Shown: piece by piece, positions 44,095 to 53,433 of the stretch
Layout of the letters: each line of letters starts with the position of its first letter
Position numbering within the stretch: position 1 is the stretch's first letter
Sequence record: MZ443769.1
Length of the DNA stretch: 64,000 bases
Direction: 5' to 3' (one strand)
Notes under the pieces: generated by a model
What the model was told of the DNA's origin: nothing
What the model saw: the letters and a program-made list of their open reading frames with translations, nothing else
Databases searched by the model: none
Program-made: the position numbers and the translations under genes

Positions 44095-46149
44095 TTAGCC
44101 GCGCAGACGTTTCAGTTTATCTTCGAATGAGCCAGTGGAAGCTGAACTCTGAGATTGAACATTAACAGGAGCATGTTCCTGATTCAGCAGATCGTTTGCA
44201 GAGTTGTTAATCGGTTGAGCGACAACAGCCTGCTGAACTACAGTCTTCGCAGCAGTAGCAGCGGTAAGAGTACCGGCCGCAGCATTAATGCTTTCGGAGA
44301 TTTCGTTCTGAGCTACTTCGGATTTCGACATCAGGTCCATAGCTTTAGACAACGCTACTGCCAGATAGTCTTTACCGTGAGCGATGAACGCACGTTCAAT
44401 CAATGCGCGTGGCTCTTTCAATCCGGCGGATTGCAGTGTGCTGCACAGTGACTCAACGATTGGGTTGCGAGCATCACCCCAGAAGTTTTTAACGATACCC
44501 AACTGAGCAGCAGACAACGCAGAGATAAGGCGCTCTTTGTTTGCGTCAACAGCTTCGGTGATGGTGGCGTTAACGGTTTCAGTCGTTTCGCTGATACGAG
44601 CGTCGGACTGAGCGACCAGCAGTTTGTCAACCGGCATTTCGATTGTGAATGGCATGAAGCCAAACGAATTGCAAGTTTCAGAAACACCGTTCTGATTCAG
44701 AGACACGCTGATTGCACGAATGAAATTATCAGTTGCGAAGTTTTTCGCAGCGGATTCTTCACTGATTGCGTTTGATACAGACGCGAACGTTGCGCGAGCG
44801 ATCGGCATACCGTCGTAGTTCATAAACACTGAATCTACTTTACCGCCGGTAGCGCGAGACAGGCTAACCAGAGCAGGGTCCAGATTGCCGTGTTGCGCTT
44901 GTGCTGCGCTGAGACTGTCGAAGGTGCAGGATACGGCGCCGCTTTCAGATTCGATATCTTCGTCGTCGTCGAGGTCCAGATCATCTTCATCCAGGTCTTC
45001 GTCTTCGTCAAAGTCGAGGTCTTCATCGTCTTCGTCTTCCAGATCGTCTTCGTCATCGCCGGAGCCGCTTTCAGAATCAATGTCTTCGTCGTCGAGGTCT
45101 TCTTCATCGAAGTCCTCGTCGTCCAGATCATCTTCATCGTCAATGTCGTCTTCGTCGAAGTCTTCATCGTCTTCGTCGTCAGAACCAGATTCGGAATCAA
45201 TGTCCTCATCTTCGTCTTCATCGGCGTCGAAGTCTTCGTCATCCAGATCGTCTTCATCCAGATCGTCTTCATCGAAGTCTTCTTCGTCGTCATCAGAAGA
45301 TTCGGAATCAACGTCGTCGTCTTCTTCAACGTCGTCGCTATCCAGATCTTCGTCGTCCAGAATGTCGATATCGCTATCGTCATCGCCGCTTTCGGATTCG
45401 ATATCCAGCAGGCCGCCTGAACAGTGAGCGCAGAATACAGGCTCTTCATCAGAGCTTACAGTGAATGGCTGTTCGCAGTTAGCGGAGCAGCTATACATGT
45501 GCGCTTCAACTTCATCACCTTCAACGCTTGAAGACAGGGCTTCAACGTTTTCTTTCGGCTCGTTGCTAGTGACTTTAGCACCAGTGTACGGGTCGAAGTT
45601 TGCGTGAGTAGCAGCGTTGAAAGAACCACTACCAGACAGCGCGGTGAATGCGTGTGCGTTGCTCAGAGCCTGCACGAAGTTGCGTTGAGCTTCTTCGGCG
45701 GTAGCACCTGTTGCAACTAAACCTTCGTGCTCGACAGTCTGGCTGGCGGAAGCGGATTCAGCTAAGAAGCTTTGAACGCGCTCGTCAGTGATTTCAGACA
45801 AGTCCGCAGAGCACGACGGGCAGCAACCCTGGATGTTCGCAGAGCTATCGCTGATAACGTGGCTACCACAACCATCCAGACAGATGGTGTAATAAGCTTT
45901 GACGTCAGCAGAGCTAGACTCTGACTGGAACTCGGCTTTTGCAACCAAATCAGGGCGTTCCACCAGCAGTTCAGAACCGCCGTTAGGATTGTAGAGGTCA
46001 ACAGAGCTATTGGAAGCGAATGCTACGCCATCTTTCGATGCGTAAAACATTGTGTTCTTACCGACAGCAGTTTGACGAAAGTTCTCTACAGCCTGATTAT
46101 GGTTTTGACCGACACACAGGATACCCGCAAGACGGGAAATCTTTGGCAT
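44095..46149 (-). CDS. Prohead scaffold/core protein with Cys-rich knuckles and a long D/E tract
   Basis: 684 aa, upstream of the capsid genes and near the protease. CLDGCGSH, CCPSC, CSANC and CAHC motifs. About 150-residue acidic tract. C-terminal SFEDKLKRLRG. Confidence 0.65.
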   Translation of the reverse strand: MPKISRLAGILCVGQNHNQAVENFRQTAVGKNTMFYASKDGVAFASNSSVDLYNPNGGSELLVERPDLVAKAEFQSESSSADVKAYYTICLDGCGSHVISDSSANIQGCCPSCSADLSEITDERVQSFLAESASASQTVEHEGLVATGATAEEAQRNFVQALSNAHAFTALSGSGSFNAATHANFDPYTGAKVTSNEPKENVEALSSSVEGDEVEAHMYSCSANCEQPFTVSSDEEPVFCAHCSGGLLDIESESGDDDSDIDILDDEDLDSDDVEEDDDVDSESSDDDEEDFDEDDLDEDDLDDEDFDADEDEDEDIDSESGSDDEDDEDFDEDDIDDEDDLDDEDFDEEDLDDEDIDSESGSGDDEDDLEDEDDEDLDFDEDEDLDEDDLDLDDDEDIESESGAVSCTFDSLSAAQAQHGNLDPALVSLSRATGGKVDSVFMNYDGMPIARATFASVSNAISEESAAKNFATDNFIRAISVSLNQNGVSETCNSFGFMPFTIEMPVDKLLVAQSDARISETTETVNATITEAVDANKERLISALSAAQLGIVKNFWGDARNPIVESLCSTLQSAGLKEPRALIERAFIAHGKDYLAVALSKAMDLMSKSEVAQNEISESINAAAGTLTAATAAKTVVQQAVVAQPINNSANDLLNQEHAPVNVQSQSSASTGSFEDKLKRLRG
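44940..45400 (-). repeat. Low-complexity Asp/Glu coding tract punctuated by five (I/V)(D/E)SES(G/S) motifs
   Basis: Read directly from the translation: IESESG, VDSESS, IDSESG, IDSESG, IESESG. Confidence 0.9.
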
Positions 46150-46226
46150 GGTAAAACCCTCATTGATAGAAGTCGTTGTTTTCGACGTATTAAAATTAAT
46201 GTATGCAGAAAAAATAGAGGTATTTT

Positions 46227-47339
46227 CTATACTTTCCTGCTCTCAATATCTTTCTGCGGAACGTAGCGATTTTCGAAGTATTTCGCTACTACATCAAACC
46301 CATTTAACGTATAAACGTTACGCAGGCTAGCACCCCACACCATTAACTCAGCCAGTGTTGCGAAATGCTCAGTCGGTACTGATCGCACTTGCCGCGTGAG
46401 AGAATCTGGGTGTATCTTCTTACCGCGAATTGCCTGTTCGAATCGCATACGCTCTACGTTACGCAGCATCGTATGGTCAACAAAGTGGGCTAATTCGTGG
46501 GTGATAACGTGAGCCACTGACAGGCTATTGAAGCCACCGAAATACTTAATAAGCTGTTTCGGGTCAATGGTTATCGCGCCGTACATAAAGCCATGCACTG
46601 GATAGGTAACGATGTGACTACCGATATCCGAGTTCTCTTTCGACAGGCCGACGTATAGACGCTTGAATGGCAGAGGGAAGTTAAGACCAATGCCGGGCAT
46701 CACGTTTTCCTGTATGTCTTTCAACACGTAATCAGGAGGACTCACGCCATACTTCTCAAGCTTAGCGCGTGGCACTTGCAAATCATCCAGACCAAATACT
46801 TCTAAATGCACTTTACCGCACTTAGGTACCTGCTTAACTGCATAGTTATTAGCAGAGCCACCAGAGTAAATAGCAGGAGCATATACAAGCGGCTTTAAGT
46901 TGCCGAAGTCAGGCATATCATCAGCGCGAATACGTTTGGCACGGGCTGTAGCATCATCGTCTTCCTCATAGGAGGTATCTGATACTGGCTCAGGTGCGGG
47001 CGCAGAAGGCTCAGGCTTTTTAGTCAAGACAACAGGTTTGGGCTTGGGTTTCTGCACAGCTTCGGGCGCTTGTTCTGCAACTTCTGATGGTGTGAAATTA
47101 AAATTTGCAGAAAATAAAGCGTTAGGAGCAGCAGTAAATTTACGACTATTTGCTATGATCATTTCGCCCGAATCACCACTGATTGCAACAGCTCCAGGGT
47201 ACTTAGGGTGAGCGATATAGAAGAGAGAATCGTTAGCTTGAATCAGACCAACAACCTCACGGGGCTCCATGTGAACCCCGTTTGAGATTAGCTGACCTTT
47301 CCCCAAATAACGATAGAAGGAATAATCAGATATGTCCAT
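46227..47339 (-). CDS. Putative zinc metallopeptidase (HExxH) with N-terminal paralogue domain
   Basis: VITHELAHFVDH at about 46485-46499 and downstream PTEHFATLAE as the third-ligand region. A Pro-rich linker separates the domains. Confidence 0.68.
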   Translation of the reverse strand: MDISDYSFYRYLGKGQLISNGVHMEPREVVGLIQANDSLFYIAHPKYPGAVAISGDSGEMIIANSRKFTAAPNALFSANFNFTPSEVAEQAPEAVQKPKPKPVVLTKKPEPSAPAPEPVSDTSYEEDDDATARAKRIRADDMPDFGNLKPLVYAPAIYSGGSANNYAVKQVPKCGKVHLEVFGLDDLQVPRAKLEKYGVSPPDYVLKDIQENVMPGIGLNFPLPFKRLYVGLSKENSDIGSHIVTYPVHGFMYGAITIDPKQLIKYFGGFNSLSVAHVITHELAHFVDHTMLRNVERMRFEQAIRGKKIHPDSLTRQVRSVPTEHFATLAELMVWGASLRNVYTLNGFDVVAKYFENRYVPQKDIESRKV

Positions 47340-47340
47340 A

Positions 47341-48123
47341 TTAACCCATTCTCATTAAGTGCTCTTTGTAAGTAGCAGCACAGGCGAAGGCTGGGTCATC
47401 AACAGAACTACACTCGAAGCCTGTAAGAACCTTACAGTCACGATAAGCAAGACGACCAGTGCGAGCGTCGAGATGCGTAGGCTTGTTGAAGGATGTATGC
47501 GAGCAGAAGTTTCTGGCGCGTGGTGTAACGAGTTCACCGCAGATAGAACATTTATAAGCACGGTAGGTAGTACCCTTGCTGTACGTGTTCAGGTCACCGC
47601 TAAGAATTCGGTCACAGCGTTCTGGACAACGAGTTCTGTCAAACGCCAGCAGCAGAGTCAGACGAGCATGATTGCCACGGAAGTTTTTCAGCTTAGACAT
47701 ATCGCTATCGAAGATAATGCCCATAGCCTGACGAATATCTTTGTTGTTGTGCTCAATGAACGTCGGCTTACCGATAAACGTTTTATACGCCAATCGGCCT
47801 TGGTCTGGGTTGAATGAAAGCCATTCTTGCAGACTGAATGCGTCACCGTTAGTGTTCGGCAGTTCAGTGATATTCACAGGAACAGGTACTACGATGTAGT
47901 CACGAATATCGCGTGAGGTGTTGTAGATCTCAGCGGCTTTCGGCAACCACACGTTAACGTCGAGATTGAAGGAGCCTGTCTGGATTCCGAAGCGAGAGGC
48001 ATCAACACGAATCGACTTAGCTGTTTTGCTAACGTCTTCTTTGTGCATATCAATCGCGTTCATCCCTACAAGACCCACATCCGATACGTCAAACGACTCG
48101 GAACGAACGGGCTTGCCCATCAT
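47341..48123 (-). CDS. Prohead maturation protease (assemblin/HK97-type) with Zn ribbon
   Basis: PNTNGDAF...YKTFIGKPTFIEHN...MGIIFD...YSKG...CSICG...CSH...FECSSVDDPAF, located upstream of scaffold and capsid genes. Confidence 0.72.
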   Translation of the reverse strand: MMGKPVRSESFDVSDVGLVGMNAIDMHKEDVSKTAKSIRVDASRFGIQTGSFNLDVNVWLPKAAEIYNTSRDIRDYIVVPVPVNITELPNTNGDAFSLQEWLSFNPDQGRLAYKTFIGKPTFIEHNNKDIRQAMGIIFDSDMSKLKNFRGNHARLTLLLAFDRTRCPERCDRILSGDLNTYSKGTTYRAYKCSICGELVTPRARNFCSHTSFNKPTHLDARTGRLAYRDCKVLTGFECSSVDDPAFACAATYKEHLMRMG

Positions 48124-48130
48124 GTTCTCC

Positions 48131-48547
48131 CTATTGGAATTTGTTGATGTTATCTTGGCTCTGGTTTGCTAAACGCACACAGGCTTCTTCAACTTGGAAC
48201 GAATTAACGCCGTCAAGTTCAGTCAGCCAATAGCGCAAGCGACCATTTGAAATTACTGCGCTATCAACATATGCAGGGATTTCAACACCAATATCTTTGA
48301 GACGCACCATAACTTCAACGCCTGGGTAAAACACATCAAATGACTTCGTACTGAAAATCGGTTTGACGATTTGTTCTTCCTTCACAGGGTGCTGCGCATA
48401 GCGGCTGGTAACCATATACACAGCTTCATCGGCAACAATGAGAATCGAGTTGATAGTACCACGAAGAATGCAAGGACTGCACTGTTCAGATGGTACTTCG
48501 TATGAAATGATATCCCCGATGTTATACGCAAACGAGAACTGTGGCAT
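48131..48547 (-). CDS. Hypothetical protein with two small SH3-like modules
   Basis: YNIGDIISY...GTINSILI...YMV and FYPGVEVMV...AYVDSAVI...YWL. Confidence 0.62.
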   Translation of the reverse strand: MPQFSFAYNIGDIISYEVPSEQCSPCILRGTINSILIVADEAVYMVTSRYAQHPVKEEQIVKPIFSTKSFDVFYPGVEVMVRLKDIGVEIPAYVDSAVISNGRLRYWLTELDGVNSFQVEEACVRLANQSQDNINKFQ

Positions 48548-48549
48548 GA

Positions 48550-49407
48550 TTAACCTCTCAATGCACTACGCGCCCATGACTTAGCAAACGCAAGAGTCAT
48601 ACGGCTTGGGTTCTGCAATTTAACTTCACCCTTATGCACGGCAGTGAACGGTTCATTCGGGTTCGTACCACGACCAGAACGATACGCTGCTTCATTGAAT
48701 CCATCAAACAAGGTAACTACCCAGCCTGTAGATTTGTCAGAGCATTCACCACATGCAGGATCCCAGCTTACTTTACCACAAGGCTTTCCACCAGATGATA
48801 CAACGTAACTCAAACGATCAGAATCGCTGTACACGTTTTTGCTTTTGTTCGCTTTGAACGTGATACGGGATGCTGATTCAGAACGAGGCATCATCTTTTG
48901 TTTCAGCGCTTCGACGTCGATCGAGGACCAGTACGATTCAAACAGAGTTACCAGCTTCTGTTCAATAGGCAGGTCCACTGCATTCATCTGCACGATAGTG
49001 GAGGATGCGTCATCGATCACACGGTTAACGAAGTATGCACCAAGCACGATTGGAAGTTGCACACCTTGAGAACCTGCTGTCAGACCAGAGCGCTTGCAGT
49101 AGATATCAGCAAGACCAATAGAAAGACGCACAAGAACTTTGAACGTCTCTTTTTCAGTTGTTCCAGACAGCTCCGTAAGAATGCGTGAGGCAATCGCAGG
49201 CACTACTGTGCGTTTTGCAACGCTGGTGATATCTTCGGGTTTGAAACTTGTGCCGAGTCGCTTACGCGCTGCGAGTTCAAAAGCATTCGTCAGACTAGCT
49301 TTGTTCGCTGTCGTCAGTGCTTCGCTCAACTTCTCCAACGTGCGCTCCGTCCCGTTGATGATCGACACTGGCTTCTGAGCCATTTTCCGTTTCGCTACTT
49401 TCGCCAT
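48550..49407 (-). CDS. Hypothetical head-associated protein, 285 aa
   Basis: AGGAG RBS inside the upstream gene. Contains PRSESAS. Confidence 0.7.
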   Translation of the reverse strand: MAKVAKRKMAQKPVSIINGTERTLEKLSEALTTANKASLTNAFELAARKRLGTSFKPEDITSVAKRTVVPAIASRILTELSGTTEKETFKVLVRLSIGLADIYCKRSGLTAGSQGVQLPIVLGAYFVNRVIDDASSTIVQMNAVDLPIEQKLVTLFESYWSSIDVEALKQKMMPRSESASRITFKANKSKNVYSDSDRLSYVVSSGGKPCGKVSWDPACGECSDKSTGWVVTLFDGFNEAAYRSGRGTNPNEPFTAVHKGEVKLQNPSRMTLAFAKSWARSALRG

Positions 49408-50512
49408 TGGAGACTGTCTCCTGTTGTTGCGGCTGTTGCAGTAAAGCTAACAAGCCAGAGTTCGTGATTGCAGCAGTCACGTCTTCATTTCGGTGAAGAC
49501 TCAATTGCGCAAGGTAGTTAAGAGCTTGTTCAACAAGACCCAGATTGCGACAACCCCAATAAGCGAGATCGTAACATAGGTCTAAATTAATAGAAGTCTG
49601 GTCAAACAAGAAACTTTTTGGATTCTGTTGTACAGTGCTGATCCCTTGAATAGCGAAAGAAACTGCACTGACATTATCACCACGACGATAGAAGATATCG
49701 CCAAGCATCGCATAACATTCAACGCGGTCAGGTCTGTATGCAATAGCTTTATAGCAGGCGTCGATTGATTCCTGAGTGAAGCCTTGCATGAACAGAGCTT
49801 TAGACAGTTCAAGGTTAGCAATCGAAACGTAATCGTTCCAGCGAGCAATGCCTTGTAGACGAGCTACTTCGCGGCGAGCATCATCAAGCAAGTCTGCCTG
49901 TCCGCCTTGCACTGCATAACACAGTTCACGCGCATAGTAGAAACTGCAACGGTCTTCATGAGGCCAATCACCGACGTCACGCGCAAGCTCCATGAGATAA
50001 CCACGAGGCTTACTGTAATCAGGGAAGTGGTCAGTTGCAAACTCGGCACGTACTGTAGCAATGCGTTGAGGATTCTTGCTCAACAGGACTTCATGCGCAC
50101 GATAGCGCCAGCCATACGAACGACGACGATACGCCTTCATTTGATCGTAGTGACTATCACCGTTACGCATCAGAATCCAAACAGCTTCGGCTTGATCAAT
50201 ATCTTTGATATCTCGAAGCGATTCAACCCAATCAGGATCGTCAAATCGCTCGTCGATATCAAGCCAGACAACAAGGTCATCTTCTGAGAAAGGTGTAGCG
50301 GCCAGTTCACGACTTGCAGCGAGATTGCGTTCTTCCGACACGTCAAACATGTGGTAGATATTGCTGTGTGCGAATCGTGAAATAATGTCGGTAGTTGAGT
50401 CCGTACTGCCTGTATCAACAATGCTGATAGCATCGGCTTTCGATACATGCTGCAAGAATTCAGCCATGTTCTTTTCTTCATTACGGCAGATAGCCGCTAC
50501 ACAAATTCTCAT
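49295..50512 (-). CDS. Family 2 glycosyltransferase with TPR repeats
   Basis: ICVAAICRNEEKN, IVDTGSTDST, DxD in WLDIDE, AHE, followed by FYYARE and TPR-like helices (CYKAIAYRPDRVECYAMLGDIF). Confidence 0.9.
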   Translation of the reverse strand: MRICVAAICRNEEKNMAEFLQHVSKADAISIVDTGSTDSTTDIISRFAHSNIYHMFDVSEERNLAASRELAATPFSEDDLVVWLDIDERFDDPDWVESLRDIKDIDQAEAVWILMRNGDSHYDQMKAYRRRSYGWRYRAHEVLLSKNPQRIATVRAEFATDHFPDYSKPRGYLMELARDVGDWPHEDRCSFYYARELCYAVQGGQADLLDDARREVARLQGIARWNDYVSIANLELSKALFMQGFTQESIDACYKAIAYRPDRVECYAMLGDIFYRRGDNVSAVSFAIQGISTVQQNPKSFLFDQTSINLDLCYDLAYWGCRNLGLVEQALNYLAQLSLHRNEDVTAAITNSGLLALLQQPQQQETVSNGESSETENGSEASVDHQRDGAHVGEVERSTDDSEQS

Positions 50513-50525
50513 ACATGCCTCTTAA

Positions 50526-51443
50526 TTAAACAAGAATGTTTCCGCTGTCCCACCACTTCTTGCCGTAGATATCAGACACTCGGTAGGTAAGCACAGTTGG
50601 TTGGTCGAGATCGACTTGAGTTATATAGCGGCCTAAGGCTGCACTCCATACTGTTTTCTCCTCAGTATAAAGTTTAATGTCGATTTCGATATCACCTTGA
50701 GATCGTTTAGGCAGGAAGGGATGTGAGAAGTCAGCATCAAAACCTTCGCCGATAGTATCATCAAAGTATGTGTACGCTTGAATCTCACTCGCAGTATTGT
50801 AGACAGTAGGCGCATACACCATACGGTTATAGTACGATGTGTAATCCGCATACGTGCTCTGCATTAAAATTCTGCGCTTGTAGATTCGCTTAACGCCTTT
50901 GCTGTCTGTCTCTGCACGGTACTGATTGTAGAACCAGCTAATCTCCGTGAACTTGACAGGCTTCAACTGCGCTTGTCCTGCTGCATAACGATAGAACGGA
51001 TATGCAGTGAATCTGTGATATGTCTTCTCCGCATTCTTACGATAAAGCAAGACACGGAAAGTATACCACTGGTACACGTCAAGCGTAATCGTACCGCTAT
51101 CTGATTGCTGCGTACCGTTAGTCAGGACGTAATCGAAACAGTCACCACCAACGTAACCACTTCGAGGGCTGTAGATAAACGCATCGTTAAATGTATTGAG
51201 GCGCACAGTACCTAACAGCGGGTCATTTATTTTAATCGCGTTAAGACGCCAACCACGCTGGGCGGGCACCTTATCGAGAACTCCCTCTGTCGGGCTGTGC
51301 TTTGTCAATTCATCACGAGCGCCCTGTATGATTTGCTCAAGCGTGATCTCCGTATCAGTGGAGTTACGCACTTGAACAGTAATGTTCGGAGCTACTGGTT
51401 TATAGTTGCGCCAATAGTCGAACGTACAAGGCTTCGCAAGCAT
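50526..51443 (-). CDS. Virion protein with Big_9/cadherin-like Ig domain
   Basis: FIYSPRSGYVGGDCFDYVLTNG...SGTITLDV. Confidence 0.72.
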   Translation of the reverse strand: MLAKPCTFDYWRNYKPVAPNITVQVRNSTDTEITLEQIIQGARDELTKHSPTEGVLDKVPAQRGWRLNAIKINDPLLGTVRLNTFNDAFIYSPRSGYVGGDCFDYVLTNGTQQSDSGTITLDVYQWYTFRVLLYRKNAEKTYHRFTAYPFYRYAAGQAQLKPVKFTEISWFYNQYRAETDSKGVKRIYKRRILMQSTYADYTSYYNRMVYAPTVYNTASEIQAYTYFDDTIGEGFDADFSHPFLPKRSQGDIEIDIKLYTEEKTVWSAALGRYITQVDLDQPTVLTYRVSDIYGKKWWDSGNILV

Positions 51444-51445
51444 AG

Positions 51446-53392
51446 TTACTCCAGTTTGTATTTGCTCTTGAACTCCGCCAGGCCCATAACAGGAATGCCT
51501 TTATCCATAGCTTTCTGGAGTTTAGCACTACCAGAACCTGGGTCTTTGGCGATAAGAATCGAAGTATCTGCTTTCATGCTGTCGGACGCTGTGCCACCAA
51601 GCTCAACAATACGCTGCATCAGTTCACGATCACGAATACCAGTGAACGCTACGTTGACGCCTTTGAGCTTGGAGCTTGTCACTTTGATCTTCTTCGGAGC
51701 AACTAACGTCACACCGATTTCAACCGCAAGCAGATAAGACTTAACAGCAGCCTCTGCAATCTGAGGTGCAAGCTTATCGACACCGTGCATACTGTTGATC
51801 TTAATCGCCAGTTCAGCAGTCTTTCCTTTCTTGAGGTACTGCTCAAGGTTCGGAATGGCATCAACAACTTTGTCAAACGTGGTGTTAGCGCCGCGCATAA
51901 AGAATGATGCAGTAGCTTTCAACCACGTATTCATCGGCACACCAGCTTTCAGCGTCTTGAGATCTTTAGCAAGCTGACGACCACGAGAGTCACCAACAAT
52001 CTCACGCAGAGAAACCATAGGCGTCATGAATAACTGTTGCGGTGTTTTGATGCCAGAAGCGACAAGCTGTTTGCATGTGCCTGGGCCTGTGTTCGCAACA
52101 TCAAGTCCTTTCAAGAACGAACCCAGCAGACGGGAATCACCAGCACTTGTCTTCTCTTTCGCAACATACTCAACGCCGTTAACTTTATACTGAACGCTAG
52201 GCAGTTTGGGCTTAGAAGCAGGCTTGATGATTTCCATTATCCACGGGATTACTTTGCCGCTACGAATCAACTTAACTTTAGCACCAGGACCGAGTGGACG
52301 TTTCTTGCCGAGCACTGCACCTTTCTTCTTAGGCTTGAGATAGCCATGCTCAACATAAAAACCGTTGTGCGCAGAAGCACGTTCGACAGTAACACCGCCA
52401 GGCATGATAGTTGGCGGGAAGATTGCAACAGGAGCAAGCACACCGTACTTAGACTCCTGATAGATGATATCTTTCACTGTTACGATCACAGTGTCCGACT
52501 CAACATTCATCTTAAACTTGAACGCATGTTTCGGGTTTGATGCAGTAGACTTAGGCGAAGGTACATCACGGGTCAGCACGATACCGTCGAGTTCATACTT
52601 GGCTTTTGCCAGTCGTTTCTCCAGCCACTCAACAAGTTCTTGAGGGTCAGAGAAACGAAGAGGACCGAAGTTACGAACAACCTCGAATCCCCAACGCTCA
52701 AGCATAGCGAATTGTTTCGACTGCTTATCAGTAGCACCTTTACCGCCAATGATTCCGAAGCACACCATATGGACGTACTTGAATTCTTTGGCAGTCTCGA
52801 AGTTACGCACAAGACCGGACGCAGCATTACGCGCTGCTTTAAAGCGACCACCATTCGATTCGTGCATCTTAGACATGAACGTTTTGAATGGGATAAGCGC
52901 TTCACAGCGAATAATGACCTGACCCTTCTGCGGTATCTTTTGAGGGATACGCATAGAAGGGATGTGGTGCGATACGTCCTTACCATGAGTAGCATCACCG
53001 CGAGTGTATGCAGCAACAGGTACTCCGTTCTCATAAACAAGTTCAATGCTCAGACCATCAAGCTTATCAGTCAGCACCCACTCCACATCTTCTGCGAGAG
53101 CTTTGGCTATCTGTTTCCCTTCAAGCGTATACTGGTCAAGGCTGGCCATTGGTACAGGCAGCTTAACATCTTCGTCCGAGCGAGCACCCACTTTGAGTGC
53201 AAGCTTAGACTTAGGCCAGCGATTGGTTATGTAATTCCTGATTGCATCGTAGACAGCATCGGACACAAGGCCCTCAGAGTCAGTGTGAAACGCATCATCC
53301 AGATGCGCCACTAACTTGGTTGCCTGCGTCAGATTGAGCGTGTCGAGAATCTTTTGAGGATTCTTCTCTAAGCGCTTCAATGATAGTTGCAT
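51446..53392 (-). CDS. ligA: NAD+-dependent DNA ligase
   Basis: Domain Ia (LVSDAVYD), motif I DKLDG, TRGD..G.DV, ELDGIV, AFKF, OB domain, C-terminal BRCT (GVNVAFTG...LIAKD...KLQKA). Start moved to the ATG at 53392 with GGAG RBS. Confidence 0.95.
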   Translation of the reverse strand: MQLSLKRLEKNPQKILDTLNLTQATKLVAHLDDAFHTDSEGLVSDAVYDAIRNYITNRWPKSKLALKVGARSDEDVKLPVPMASLDQYTLEGKQIAKALAEDVEWVLTDKLDGLSIELVYENGVPVAAYTRGDATHGKDVSHHIPSMRIPQKIPQKGQVIIRCEALIPFKTFMSKMHESNGGRFKAARNAASGLVRNFETAKEFKYVHMVCFGIIGGKGATDKQSKQFAMLERWGFEVVRNFGPLRFSDPQELVEWLEKRLAKAKYELDGIVLTRDVPSPKSTASNPKHAFKFKMNVESDTVIVTVKDIIYQESKYGVLAPVAIFPPTIMPGGVTVERASAHNGFYVEHGYLKPKKKGAVLGKKRPLGPGAKVKLIRSGKVIPWIMEIIKPASKPKLPSVQYKVNGVEYVAKEKTSAGDSRLLGSFLKGLDVANTGPGTCKQLVASGIKTPQQLFMTPMVSLREIVGDSRGRQLAKDLKTLKAGVPMNTWLKATASFFMRGANTTFDKVVDAIPNLEQYLKKGKTAELAIKINSMHGVDKLAPQIAEAAVKSYLLAVEIGVTLVAPKKIKVTSSKLKGVNVAFTGIRDRELMQRIVELGGTASDSMKADTSILIAKDPGSGSAKLQKAMDKGIPVMGLAEFKSKYKLE

Positions 53393-53433
53393 GAGTATCT
53401 CCACGTATCGTCGTAACACTGTTATTTACAGCA

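Noticed and set aside
44835-45449. Ser-rich, Val/Ile/Phe-rich and Thr/Met/Lys-rich ORFs overlapping the scaffold (also at 53744-54470)
   Set aside because: Shadow frames of GAC/GAA/GAT-rich acidic tracts. No RBS or independent features.
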